Below, piece after piece: positions 16,800 to 24,355 of a stretch of 32,000 nt of DNA. This stretch comes from Geobacter sulfurreducens PCA (GTDB taxonomy: Bacteria > Desulfobacterota > Desulfuromonadia > Geobacterales > Geobacteraceae). Made by a program: the position numbers and the translations under genes. How positions within the stretch are numbered: the first letter of the stretch is position 1; every line of letters begins with the position of its first letter. The notes beneath the pieces were generated by a model. It was not told where the DNA came from. It made no database searches and saw only the letters and a program-made list of their open reading frames with translations. The stretch spans positions 900,001-932,000 of the forward strand of contig NC_002939.5 of NCBI RefSeq assembly GCF_000007985.2, in the 5' to 3' direction.

Positions 16800-16828
16800 C
16801 CGGGACATGCGGTACCATCCCCGGTCTG
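16800..16828 (+). promoter_or_regulatory. Weak candidate sigma70 promoter for the GDT1-family gene (TTGCAT-N17-TACCAT)
   Basis: Hexamer match only, about 37 nt upstream of the proposed GTG start. Confidence 0.25.
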
Positions 16829-16864
16829 TTTCCGCCCATAACCATTTTAAGAGGGACAATTTCC

Positions 16865-17443
16865 GTGGACGCAGCCGTTTTTTTTACGACCTTCGGTATT
16901 ATCTTCCTGGCCGAACTGGGCGACAAGACCCAGCTTACCGCCATGGCCCTGGCCACCCGCTACCCCTGGAAGAAGATTTTCATCGGCATCGCCCTGGCGT
17001 TTGCCGTTCTCAACGTGGGCGCCGTGGCGCTGGGCAAGTTTCTCTTTGCCGTGCTGCCCATTTTCTGGATCAAGCTCGTCTCAGGCGGTCTCTTCCTCTT
17101 CTTTGGCATCTCTACCCTCCGGGGAGGAGACGGTGACAATGACGGCGAAAAAGGCCCCGCCTCGGCCCGAGGGCCGATGCTCACGGCGTTTCTGATGATC
17201 CTGCTGGCCGAGCTGGGCGACAAGACCCAACTCGTAACCACCAGTCTGGCAGCCCAGCACGAATCGCCTCTGTCGGTATTTGCCGGCTCGACCCTGGCCC
17301 TCTGGGGGGTATCGCTCCTGGGCATATTCATCGGCAAGCAGCTCATGCGGGTCATCCCCCTCGGCACGATTCACCGGGTGGCCGGGGTGCTTTTTCTCGT
17401 CTTTGGCCTCGTCATCCTCTACCAGACCTTCACCGGGCCCTGA
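16865..17443 (+). CDS. GDT1 / TMEM165 / UPF0016 family cation (Mn2+/Ca2+) transporter
   Basis: Track ORF 16676..17443. Its first 50 or so codons would lie antisense over the riboswitch and promoter and have no family similarity. I therefore start at GTG 16865 (VDAAVFFTTFGIIFLAELGDKTQ...). The two hallmark E-x-G-D-K-T repeats are present (LAELGDKTQLTAMAL and LAELGDKTQLVTTSL). Confidence 0.8.
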   Translation: MDAAVFFTTFGIIFLAELGDKTQLTAMALATRYPWKKIFIGIALAFAVLNVGAVALGKFLFAVLPIFWIKLVSGGLFLFFGISTLRGGDGDNDGEKGPASARGPMLTAFLMILLAELGDKTQLVTTSLAAQHESPLSVFAGSTLALWGVSLLGIFIGKQLMRVIPLGTIHRVAGVLFLVFGLVILYQTFTGP

Positions 17444-17550
17444 GCGATTGCATTTTTCGGGGCGGCCCCGTACAATTGTCCCTGATTGAGCGGGTGTCGG
17501 CATGGTGATCTGCGGGCCGCTCCGACAGCCCCTGTCCAGTCGCCGTTCCC

Positions 17551-18462
17551 GTGATCCGGATTCCCCTCCCCGAGAGCCCGATGCCCGACAACTACGTCGA
17601 AAAATCGTTTCTATATCTCCTGATTCTTTCCCTTCTCCTTCATGCGGGCGTGTTCGCCCTTTTTCTCGTTTTCCCGCAGCAGAGGCAGGTGGTTCGCCAG
17701 GAGCCGATCATGATCGACCTGGAAGACATCCCCGATCTGTCCCCCCAGCCGCCGGCGACCGACAGGAAGGAGGCCCGGCGCTTTGCCGAGGATCGGCACC
17801 GTGTCCCCCGGGAAATGGCCCCTCGCGGCGATATGGACCGGGACCGGATTGCTTCGCTCCCCTCGCGGCAGCAGCCGCGGATGGTTCCCCGGCCTGCCCC
17901 GGCACAGCGCGAGCCGACGGCCCGTGAGCCGGCGCCGTCTCCCGGCGATATCCCCGTGCGGGAGCCCTCCCAGGGCGGGGGCGGTGTCCTGAGGCCGCGG
18001 ACCAGGGGGGAGAATCTGCCGGAGATGGCCCAGCTCATGCCGAGCGCGGAGCGGCTGGCAAAGATCGAGGATAACTATAGAAAAAGATTCAGCGAGGATG
18101 TGGCGGAGGGGGACACCAAGTTTCTCGATACCGACGACATCCAGTTCGGCTCGTTCCTGCGCCGTTTCGAGAATGCCGTCTACGGCGTCTGGCGCTACCC
18201 GGCCGATGCGGCGCGATTGGGCATTGAGGGCGTTGTGCCGGTGAAGATCACCTTTAATCGCTCGGGTGAGATCGAGAAGTACGAGATCCTGCAGGGTTCG
18301 GGGAGCCGCATCCTCGACGACGAGGTGGGGCGGACCCTTTCTACCATCAAGAGGGGGGGCACGGTGGGGGGCTTCCCCCGCGGCTACACCAAGGATCACT
18401 TCCACCTGGTCGCCTTTTTCCAGTACGGCATCGTGCGGGGCGCCAGCCGTTCGCTCCGCTGA
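17551..18462 (+). CDS. TonB-family energy transducer (N-terminal anchor, Pro-rich spacer, TonB_C domain)
   Basis: 303-aa ORF with a TM anchor (FLYLLILSLLLHAGVFALFLVF), a Pro/Arg-rich linker and a C-terminal block (YPADAARLGIEGVVPVKITFNRSGEIEKYEILQGSGSRILDDEV). The start is uncertain: GTG 17551 or ATG 17581. Confidence 0.75.
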   Translation: MIRIPLPESPMPDNYVEKSFLYLLILSLLLHAGVFALFLVFPQQRQVVRQEPIMIDLEDIPDLSPQPPATDRKEARRFAEDRHRVPREMAPRGDMDRDRIASLPSRQQPRMVPRPAPAQREPTAREPAPSPGDIPVREPSQGGGGVLRPRTRGENLPEMAQLMPSAERLAKIEDNYRKRFSEDVAEGDTKFLDTDDIQFGSFLRRFENAVYGVWRYPADAARLGIEGVVPVKITFNRSGEIEKYEILQGSGSRILDDEVGRTLSTIKRGGTVGGFPRGYTKDHFHLVAFFQYGIVRGASRSLR

Positions 18463-18499
18463 CGCCGGCGCAGTCCGGCCATCCCCTTTATACCTGTTT

Positions 18500-19369
18500 T
18501 CAGCCCCTGGCCAGCACTTCCCGCAGATAGTCCCGGAACTCTTCGTTGAACTCCTCCCGTTTGAGGGCCATGTCCACCGTGGCTTTCAGGAAGCCGAGCT
18601 TGTCGCCGCAGTCGTGGCGCTTTCCCTTGAACAGGCAGCCGTAAATGGCCTCTTCCCGCGACAGGGTGAGCAGGGCGTCGGTGAGCTGGATTTCACCCCC
18701 CTTGCCGGGGGTCTGGCGTTCCAGGATGGGAAAGATGTCGGGGGTAAGGACGTAACGACCGATGATGGCCATGTCCGAAGGGGCCTCCTCGCGGCGAGGT
18801 TTTTCCACCAGGTCAGTCACCTCGAAGATCCGGTCGGTTATTCCCGTTGCCTTCACGCAGCCGTAGGAGGAGATGGCCTCGATGGGCACCTTTTCCAGGG
18901 CCACGACCGGACCCCGGTATTTACGGTAGACATCCAGGAGCTGGCCCAGGCAGGGTTGTTCCGCGTCGATGATGTCGTCCCCCAGCAGGACCGCGAAGGG
19001 TTCGTCGCCCACGAATTCCCTGGCGCAGAGGATGGCGTGGCCGAGTCCCAGGGCCTGTTTCTGCCGGACATAGAAAATCTTCACCATGTCGGCAATCTCC
19101 CGCACCTCCTGGAGCATGTCATCCTTCCCCTTTTCCTGGAGCAGCGCTTCCAGCTCGAAGGAGATGTCGAAGTGATCCTCAATGGCCCGCTTGCTCCGAC
19201 CGGTCACAAAGAGGAGCTGCTCGATGCCCGAGGCAACCGCCTCCTCCACCACGTATTGGACCAGCGGCTTGTCGATCAGGGGGAGCATCTCCTTGGGAGA
19301 TGATTTGGTTGCCGGAAGAAACCGGGTACCGAGTCCCGCCACCGGGAATACCGCTTTTTTTACCTGCAT
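18500..19369 (-). CDS. galU: UTP--glucose-1-phosphate uridylyltransferase
   Basis: Tail of track ORF 18500..19426. The start is at ATG 19369, preceded by AAGGAG. It begins MQVKKAVFPVAGLGTRFLPATKSSPKEMLPLIDKPLVQYVVEEA (GalU signature) and contains VEKP. Confidence 0.9.
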   Translation of the reverse strand: MQVKKAVFPVAGLGTRFLPATKSSPKEMLPLIDKPLVQYVVEEAVASGIEQLLFVTGRSKRAIEDHFDISFELEALLQEKGKDDMLQEVREIADMVKIFYVRQKQALGLGHAILCAREFVGDEPFAVLLGDDIIDAEQPCLGQLLDVYRKYRGPVVALEKVPIEAISSYGCVKATGITDRIFEVTDLVEKPRREEAPSDMAIIGRYVLTPDIFPILERQTPGKGGEIQLTDALLTLSREEAIYGCLFKGKRHDCGDKLGFLKATVDMALKREEFNEEFRDYLREVLARG

Positions 19370-19382
19370 GATCCGACTCCTT

Positions 19383-20288
19383 TCAGATCGTAGTGTGTTC
19401 CTGACTGTCCCGTTCCACACCGGCAACGATGGCGGGGACCAGGTCCTCCCGCCCCATGGCCATGATGTGGACTCCGTCGCAGAAGGGTCTGACCGCCGCC
19501 ACGGTCCGCCGGGCTATCTCGACGCCGGCGGCCAGCGGATCACTGGCACTCTCTAGCTCCGCAACAAGTTCGGGGGGGACCTTGAGGCCCGGCACCCGTT
19601 CGGTCACGTAACGGGCCATGCCGGGCGACTTCAGCAACAGGATGCCTGCGATGATTTTCATGCCTAGAGGGCGCGTCGCATCGGCGAACCGGGCGAACCG
19701 CTCCGGCGAGAAGACTGCCTGGGTCTGGAGGAATCGGGCTCCGGCAGCAGCTTTCTTCGCCAGCTTGGAGAGGGTGAGTGCAAAAGGCTCCGCTTCGGGG
19801 GCCGCCGCGGCTCCGGCAAAGAACGAAGTGGCGCCGGTCAGGGCCGTCCTCGAGAGGTCCCGTCCTTCATTGAGCCCGGTAATGATCCGCAGGAGCTGAA
19901 CCGAGTCCAGGTCGAACACCGGCTTGGCCTCCCGGTGATCGCCGAAGGTGATGAAGTCGCCGGTGAGCGCCAGCACGTTGGTGATCCCCAGGGCAGAGGC
20001 GGCCAGCAGTTCGCTCTGGAGCGCCATCCGGTTGCGGTCGCGACAGGTGAGCTGAAGGATGGGCTCGATCCCTTCCCGTACCAGCAGCGCCGCCGGCGCC
20101 AGGGGGGAAATCCGCATGTTGGCCCCCTGGTTGTCGGTGACGTTCACGGCATCGACGGCCTGGCGCAGGGCCCGGGCCTTGCGGAGGAATTCGGTACAAT
20201 TGCTCCCCTTGGGCGGGCAGATCTCCGTTGTGACGACGAAGTGGCCTGCGGCGAGGGCGGCGCTGAGTGATGACGGCGTACCGGTCAT
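19383..20288 (-). CDS. metF: Methylenetetrahydrofolate reductase, MetF subunit of the MetV/MetF type
   Basis: Only the C-terminal 301 aa of track ORF 19383..20738 are MetF-like (MTGTPSSLSAALAAGHFVVTTEICPPKG...VNVTDNQGANMRISP...LQLTCRDRN...TNVLALTGD...). ATG 20288 overlaps the metV stop as ATGA. Confidence 0.85.
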   Translation of the reverse strand: MTGTPSSLSAALAAGHFVVTTEICPPKGSNCTEFLRKARALRQAVDAVNVTDNQGANMRISPLAPAALLVREGIEPILQLTCRDRNRMALQSELLAASALGITNVLALTGDFITFGDHREAKPVFDLDSVQLLRIITGLNEGRDLSRTALTGATSFFAGAAAAPEAEPFALTLSKLAKKAAAGARFLQTQAVFSPERFARFADATRPLGMKIIAGILLLKSPGMARYVTERVPGLKVPPELVAELESASDPLAAGVEIARRTVAAVRPFCDGVHIMAMGREDLVPAIVAGVERDSQEHTTI

Positions 20289-20932
20289 TTGTCGAGTTTC
20301 AGGTCCGCCGGCCGGCGGCAGGTGGAGAAGTCGGCAGGGGGAGTGGTTTCGGCCAGGGGACCCGTTTCCACCTGACCGTGGAGGCGGGTGAATATCTGGT
20401 GCCAGGCGCACTCGGCATCGGGTTTCACCTCGCAACGCCCTTCGTCCATACCTCCGCAGGGACCGTTGAGGATTCCCTTGGGGCAGAGCGTCACGGGGCA
20501 GATGCCGGCGGTCTCGTTCAGGCGGCAGGCCCCGCACAGGGAACAGCGCTGCTCGAACTGGCCGAACCGGCGGATATTGCCGAGGAAGAGGGTGTCGAGG
20601 CCCGCCACGGTCCGTTTGTCCGTGCTCGCGGAAACTGACTGGACCCCGGCGCCGCAGGCGAGCACCAGAAGCGCTTCGGCGCTGCGGACCATTTCGCCCT
20701 TGGCCCGGAGGTCCCGTTGAACCCGCAGCATGTGGCACGCCTCATCGATGACGAGGGAGCCGGTCACCTCCCGGCCCGCCTCGGTGAGGCGCTCCTGCAT
20801 CTGCCAGACTTGCTCCTCGCCACCGGCCTTGCAGACGGTGGCGCACTTGGAGCAGCCGATCACGAAGACCCGCGAGACGCCGTCCAAGGCGGCCAGGATA
20901 TCGGCGAAGGGTTTCTGCCTGCTGACTATCAT
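20285..20932 (-). CDS. metV: Methylene-THF reductase-associated Cys-rich subunit MetV (MTHFR_C-domain protein)
   Basis: 215-aa ORF with Cys clusters GCSKCATVC and CSLCGACRLNETAGICPVTLCPKGILNGPCGG, the pattern of the MTHFR C-terminal-domain / MetV family encoded next to metF in anaerobes. Confidence 0.8.
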   Translation of the reverse strand: MIVSRQKPFADILAALDGVSRVFVIGCSKCATVCKAGGEEQVWQMQERLTEAGREVTGSLVIDEACHMLRVQRDLRAKGEMVRSAEALLVLACGAGVQSVSASTDKRTVAGLDTLFLGNIRRFGQFEQRCSLCGACRLNETAGICPVTLCPKGILNGPCGGMDEGRCEVKPDAECAWHQIFTRLHGQVETGPLAETTPPADFSTCRRPADLKLDK

Positions 20933-20950
20933 CGTGATTCCGGTGCCAGG

Positions 20951-21808
20951 CTAGCGATTCCCGGAACCCGCCATTTTTGCGGCCTCAAGGGTGTTGTGAA
21001 GAAGCATGGTGATGGTCATGGGGCCCACCCCGCCGGGGACCGGCGTGATGGCCGAAGCCCGTTCGGCTGCTGCGGCGAACTCCACGTCTCCCACAAGTTT
21101 CTTTTCTCCCACCCGGTTGACGCCCACGTCGATGACAACCGCTCCTTCCTTAATCCAGTCCCCTTTGATCATCTCGGGGACCCCGACTGCGGCGATGACC
21201 ACGTCGGCGGCCCTGACCCGGCCGGGGAGGTCGCGGGTCTTCGAGTGACAGATGGTGACGGTGGCGTTGCGCTGAAGGCACATCAGTGCCACTGGCTTGC
21301 CCACGATGTTTGAGCGTCCCACTACCACCACTTCCTTGCCGGCCAAGTCGACTCCCGCTTCTTGCAGCATCACCATTACGCCGTAGGGGGTGCAGGGCTG
21401 GAAGGTCGGCTTGCCGGTCACCAGGCGTCCCACATTGTAAGGATGGAAGCCGTCCACGTCCTTGGCGGGTGAGATGGCTTCCAGGACACGATCCGCGTTG
21501 ATCTGCGGCGGAAGGGGGAGCTGCACGAGGATGCCGTGGATCGCCGGATCGTTATTGAGTTCGTTGATGAGCGCGAGGAGCTCCTCCTCGGTCGTTTCCG
21601 CGGGGCGCGTGATCTTCACCGAGTGCATGCCGAGCTTATTGCAGGCATCGCCCTTCATCCGGACGTAGACTTCGCTGGCTGGGTCGCTCCCCACCAGGAC
21701 CGTGGCGAGGCCGGGGGTTATTCCCCTGGACTGCAGTTCTTTCACCTGGGCGGCGAGGTCCGCCCGGATCTTTTCGGCAATGGCTTTTCCGTCGATGATT
21801 GTGGCCAT
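20951..21808 (-). CDS. folD: Bifunctional methylene-THF dehydrogenase / methenyl-THF cyclohydrolase
   Basis: 285-aa ORF with [15 protein letters not shown]..., [30 protein letters not shown] and [11 protein letters not shown]. These are canonical FolD blocks. Confidence 0.95.
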   Translation of the reverse strand: MATIIDGKAIAEKIRADLAAQVKELQSRGITPGLATVLVGSDPASEVYVRMKGDACNKLGMHSVKITRPAETTEEELLALINELNNDPAIHGILVQLPLPPQINADRVLEAISPAKDVDGFHPYNVGRLVTGKPTFQPCTPYGVMVMLQEAGVDLAGKEVVVVGRSNIVGKPVALMCLQRNATVTICHSKTRDLPGRVRAADVVIAAVGVPEMIKGDWIKEGAVVIDVGVNRVGEKKLVGDVEFAAAAERASAITPVPGGVGPMTITMLLHNTLEAAKMAGSGNR

Positions 21809-21867
21809 GGGTGGGCTCCTTCTGGATGTGCGTCCCGGCAGGGAAAAATGGTGAGAACAGCCACAGA

Positions 21868-21896
21868 ATGATACGGAAAGGGGCCCTTGTTGTAAA
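21868..21896 (-). promoter_or_regulatory. Candidate sigma70 promoter for folD (TTTACA-N17-TATCAT)
   Basis: Hexamers on the minus strand at 21896-21891 and 21873-21868, between the upstream terminator and the folD start. Sequence match only. Confidence 0.3.
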
Positions 21897-21920
21897 GTCA
21901 GATTACCGGCCCCGCGGGAT

Positions 21921-21949
21921 AAAAAAATCCCCCGGCAGGGCCAGGGGAT
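21921..21949 (-). terminator. Intrinsic terminator after the FmdB-family gene
   Basis: Minus-strand RNA reads AUCCCCUGG-CCCUG-CCGGGGGAU followed by U6 (A run 21921-26 on the + strand). It lies 16 nt after the stop at 21965. Confidence 0.6.
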
Positions 21950-21964
21950 CTTGTTGGCGCGGTC

Positions 21965-22216
21965 TTATGCCGCTGAGGGGCATCCTGCGCACGTGCCCCC
22001 CGAGGGGCAGGCAGGGGCCTCGGATTTGCCGGCTCCGCCGGAGCTGTAACCCTGAGCATACCAGCCGCCTCCCTTGAGGGCGAACCCGCTCTGGGAGATC
22101 AGCTTGTGTACGGGGCCTCCACAGGAGGGGCACTCGGAGGCCGGGGCATCGGAAAATTTCTGACGCAGCTCGAACTGCTTGTCGCACGCGTCGCAGCGGT
22201 ATTCATAGAGTGGCAT
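21965..22216 (-). CDS. FmdB-family zinc-ribbon protein
   Basis: 83 aa starting MPLYEYRCDACDKQFE...CPSCGG. This is the canonical FmdB/CxxC-x-CxxC putative regulatory zinc ribbon, with a Gly/Ser-rich tail ending in extra cysteines (CPSGGTCAGC). Confidence 0.8.
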   Translation of the reverse strand: MPLYEYRCDACDKQFELRQKFSDAPASECPSCGGPVHKLISQSGFALKGGGWYAQGYSSGGAGKSEAPACPSGGTCAGCPSAA

Positions 22217-22247
22217 GAGACAACCTCCTGAAAAATCGTTACGATTT

Positions 22248-22277
22248 ACTATAAGTATCCCCCCATCGGTTTGTCAA
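22248..22277 (-). promoter_or_regulatory. Candidate sigma70 promoter for the FmdB-family gene (TTGACA-N18-TATAGT)
   Basis: On the minus strand, TTGACA lies at 22277-22272 and TATAGT at 22253-22248, about 30 nt upstream of the ATG (RBS AGGAGG). Confidence 0.4.
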
Positions 22278-22318
22278 CCCCACGGGAGCATTTTCGACGC
22301 CGCGCTGGATACTGCGGG

Positions 22319-22642
22319 CTACCGGCGGCTGTTTTCGAGCAGGGCCAGCACGGCGGCTGCGTCGGAGCCGGAAACCCTGATGGTTTTGTGGCGGGACTTT
22401 TCGCCGGCTATGATGGCGACGCAGGACTTGGGCACGCCGAGCCGCTTGGCGAGGAATTCGACGCAGAGGCGGTTCGCCTCACCCTCCACCGGTGGCGAGG
22501 TGAGCCGCAGCTTGATTGCTTCCCCCTGGACGCCGCAGATTTCGTTGCGCGACGCCCGGGGCTGCACGTGGACCGAAAAGGTGACGCCGTTGGCGGAATC
22601 GGTAATCCGCGGTGCAGGGGAAGGGGGGTCAGGCATCCTCAA
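22319..22642 (-). CDS. yggU: DUF167 / YggU-family protein
   Basis: 107 aa with VHVQPRASRNEI...IKLRLTSPPVEGEANRLCVEFLAKRLGVPKSCVAIIAGEKSRHK, matching the YggU pattern. The start is ATG 22642 or 22636 and overlaps the DivIVA stop. Confidence 0.8.
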   Translation of the reverse strand: MRMPDPPSPAPRITDSANGVTFSVHVQPRASRNEICGVQGEAIKLRLTSPPVEGEANRLCVEFLAKRLGVPKSCVAIIAGEKSRHKTIRVSGSDAAAVLALLENSRR

Positions 22643-23078
22643 GTGAGATCATCTTGTAGTGGGTGTCGAGCAGAGCCTTGAAGGCGCTTTCGAACTGGAG
22701 CTTCTGGCGACGGAGATCCTGAAGCTGCTCGTTAAGCTGCCCGAGCCTGCGCTCGGCGTCCACGAGGATTTTCTCCGCCTTCACCTCCGCCTCGGAGACG
22801 ATGAGCGACGCTTCCTTCTGGGCGTTGGCCTTCATCTCCTCGGTGATCTTTTGAGCCGCGAGCATGGCCTCGCGCAACTCGCGCTCCTGGCGCGCCGTCT
22901 GCTCGGCGTCGGCGGCCGCTTTCCGGCACTGCTCACGCAGGTCGGTGTTTTCCCTGATGAGCCCCTCCATCTCCTGGGCCACCAACTGGAGAAACGAATC
23001 CACGTCCTCCGGGTCGATGCCGCCGAGCATCTTGCCCTTGAACTGCTGCTGCTGGATGTCGAGGGGGGTAATTTTCAT
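22629..23078 (-). CDS. divIVA: DivIVA-domain protein
   Basis: N-terminus MKITPLDIQQQQFKGKMLGGIDPEDVDSFLQLVAQEME followed by a long coiled coil. I prefer ATG 23078 (1-nt overlap with the yggT TGA) over the track's GTG 23081. Confidence 0.85.
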   Translation of the reverse strand: MKITPLDIQQQQFKGKMLGGIDPEDVDSFLQLVAQEMEGLIRENTDLREQCRKAAADAEQTARQERELREAMLAAQKITEEMKANAQKEASLIVSEAEVKAEKILVDAERRLGQLNEQLQDLRRQKLQFESAFKALLDTHYKMISLEDA

Positions 23079-23392
23079 CACATGGCCCCTGTGCCGAGCT
23101 TCATCCGGAAGGCGAAATCGTAGATGGTCCTGATCACGAAGCTCTGAATGAAGTAGATGGCGACCAGCACCAGGATGGGGGAGAGGTCGAGGCCCCCCAG
23201 GTCCGGAAGGATCCGCCGGACCCGGGAGAGGACCGGCTCGGTGCTGCGGTAGAGGAAATTCACGATCGGGTTGTAGGGATCGGGGTTGACCCAGGATATG
23301 ATGGCCCGGGCGATGATGATGTAGAGGTAGATCGTCAGGAGAATGTCGGCGACCTTGGCGATGGCGAGCAGAAAATTGGCGACCACGAACAT
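23078..23392 (-). CDS. yggT: YggT-family membrane protein
   Basis: Tail of track ORF 23078..23419, starting at ATG 23392. It contains LYIIIARAIISWVNPDPYNPIVNFLYRSTEPVLSRVRRILP, the YggT/Ycf19 signature. Confidence 0.8.
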   Translation of the reverse strand: MFVVANFLLAIAKVADILLTIYLYIIIARAIISWVNPDPYNPIVNFLYRSTEPVLSRVRRILPDLGGLDLSPILVLVAIYFIQSFVIRTIYDFAFRMKLGTGAM

Positions 23393-23427
23393 GGGGTGCC
23401 CCTTGGAGAGAAGTGACAACGGCCGTT

Positions 23428-23457
23428 GTTATACCGGAATCCGGGGCGTGATGTCAA
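23428..23457 (-). promoter_or_regulatory. Candidate sigma70 promoter for yggT-divIVA-yggU (TTGACA-N18-TATAAC)
   Basis: On the minus strand, TTGACA lies at 23457-23452 and TATAAC at 23433-23428, in the 74-nt ubiE-yggT spacer. Confidence 0.35.
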
Positions 23458-23466
23458 GAAACTCCG

Positions 23467-24183
23467 CTATTTCAGCCCTTTTTCGCCGGTGTAGATGGTG
23501 GCTATGCCGAAGGTCTGGTCCCGGTGGGCGGTGTCGCGAAAGCCGACCGAGGCCATGAGCGCCTTGAACTCCTCCTGGCTCGGGAACTCCAGCACCGAAT
23601 CGGGCAGGTACTTGTAGGCGCCGAACTGCGAGAACAGCCCGCCGATTACGGGAAGAACCCGGAGGAAATAGAACGAGTAGATCCTCTTGAAGAGCCGCGA
23701 ACGGGGGGTGGAAAATTCGAGGATGACAGCCCGGCCGCCCGGCTTAAGGACCCGCAGCATCTCGGAGAGCCCCTGGCTGCGATCAACCACGTTGCGGATG
23801 CCGAAGGCGATGGTCACCGAATCGAACGTGTCGTCGGGGAAAGGGATCGCCTCGCAGGGGGCGATTTCCATGGTGATCCGGCCCGCGTAGGGGGAGCCGG
23901 CCACCTTGTCGCGCCCCAGGGCAACCATTCCCTCGGAAAAGTCGACGCCTACGATAGCGACCGACGGCGGCGTTTGCCGGGCAATCTCCAGGGCCACGTC
24001 GCCGGTGCCGGTGGCCACGTCGAGTACGCGCCCGCCTTCGCTCCACCGGATGCATTTGACGGCGTTTCGACGCCAGCGCCGGTCCACGCCGAAGCTAAGG
24101 AGCCGGTTAAGAAAGTCGTAGCGGGGGGCGATGTCGCTGAACATGTCGCGGATGCGTTCGCCTTTTTCCGTAAGCCGGTACAT
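23467..24183 (-). CDS. ubiE: Demethylmenaquinone / ubiquinone C-methyltransferase (UbiE/MenG)
   Basis: Tail of track ORF 23467..24270, starting at ATG 24183. It has FSDIAPRYDFLNRLLSFGVDRRWRR and the SAM motif VLDVATGTGDVA, plus FGIRNV. Confidence 0.9.
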   Translation of the reverse strand: MYRLTEKGERIRDMFSDIAPRYDFLNRLLSFGVDRRWRRNAVKCIRWSEGGRVLDVATGTGDVALEIARQTPPSVAIVGVDFSEGMVALGRDKVAGSPYAGRITMEIAPCEAIPFPDDTFDSVTIAFGIRNVVDRSQGLSEMLRVLKPGGRAVILEFSTPRSRLFKRIYSFYFLRVLPVIGGLFSQFGAYKYLPDSVLEFPSQEEFKALMASVGFRDTAHRDQTFGIATIYTGEKGLK

Positions 24184-24355
24184 AGTTATTTTTCTGTCCT
24201 TGCAATCAAAGAAGTGATATAAATTCAGATTCTTCACGCATTCTGAACAAGTCTGTCGTTTGTAGCACAAAACGGCCCGGCCATGCCAGTACTTTCGAGG
24301 GACGGCATGCGGGCGGGGCCGGCTTCACCTTTTCCGGGAAAAATGGGGCAACCGC

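Noticed and set aside
19383-20738. Extended versions of real genes in the track: the 451-aa metF ORF, the 183-aa Rieske ORF 4803..5354, 16676..17443 for GDT1, 15642..16601 for htpX, 18500..19426 for galU and 23467..24270 for ubiE.
   Set aside because: The N-terminal extensions overlap the upstream gene or the riboswitch and have biased composition. Internal ATG/GTG codons with proper Shine-Dalgarno spacing begin exactly where family similarity begins.
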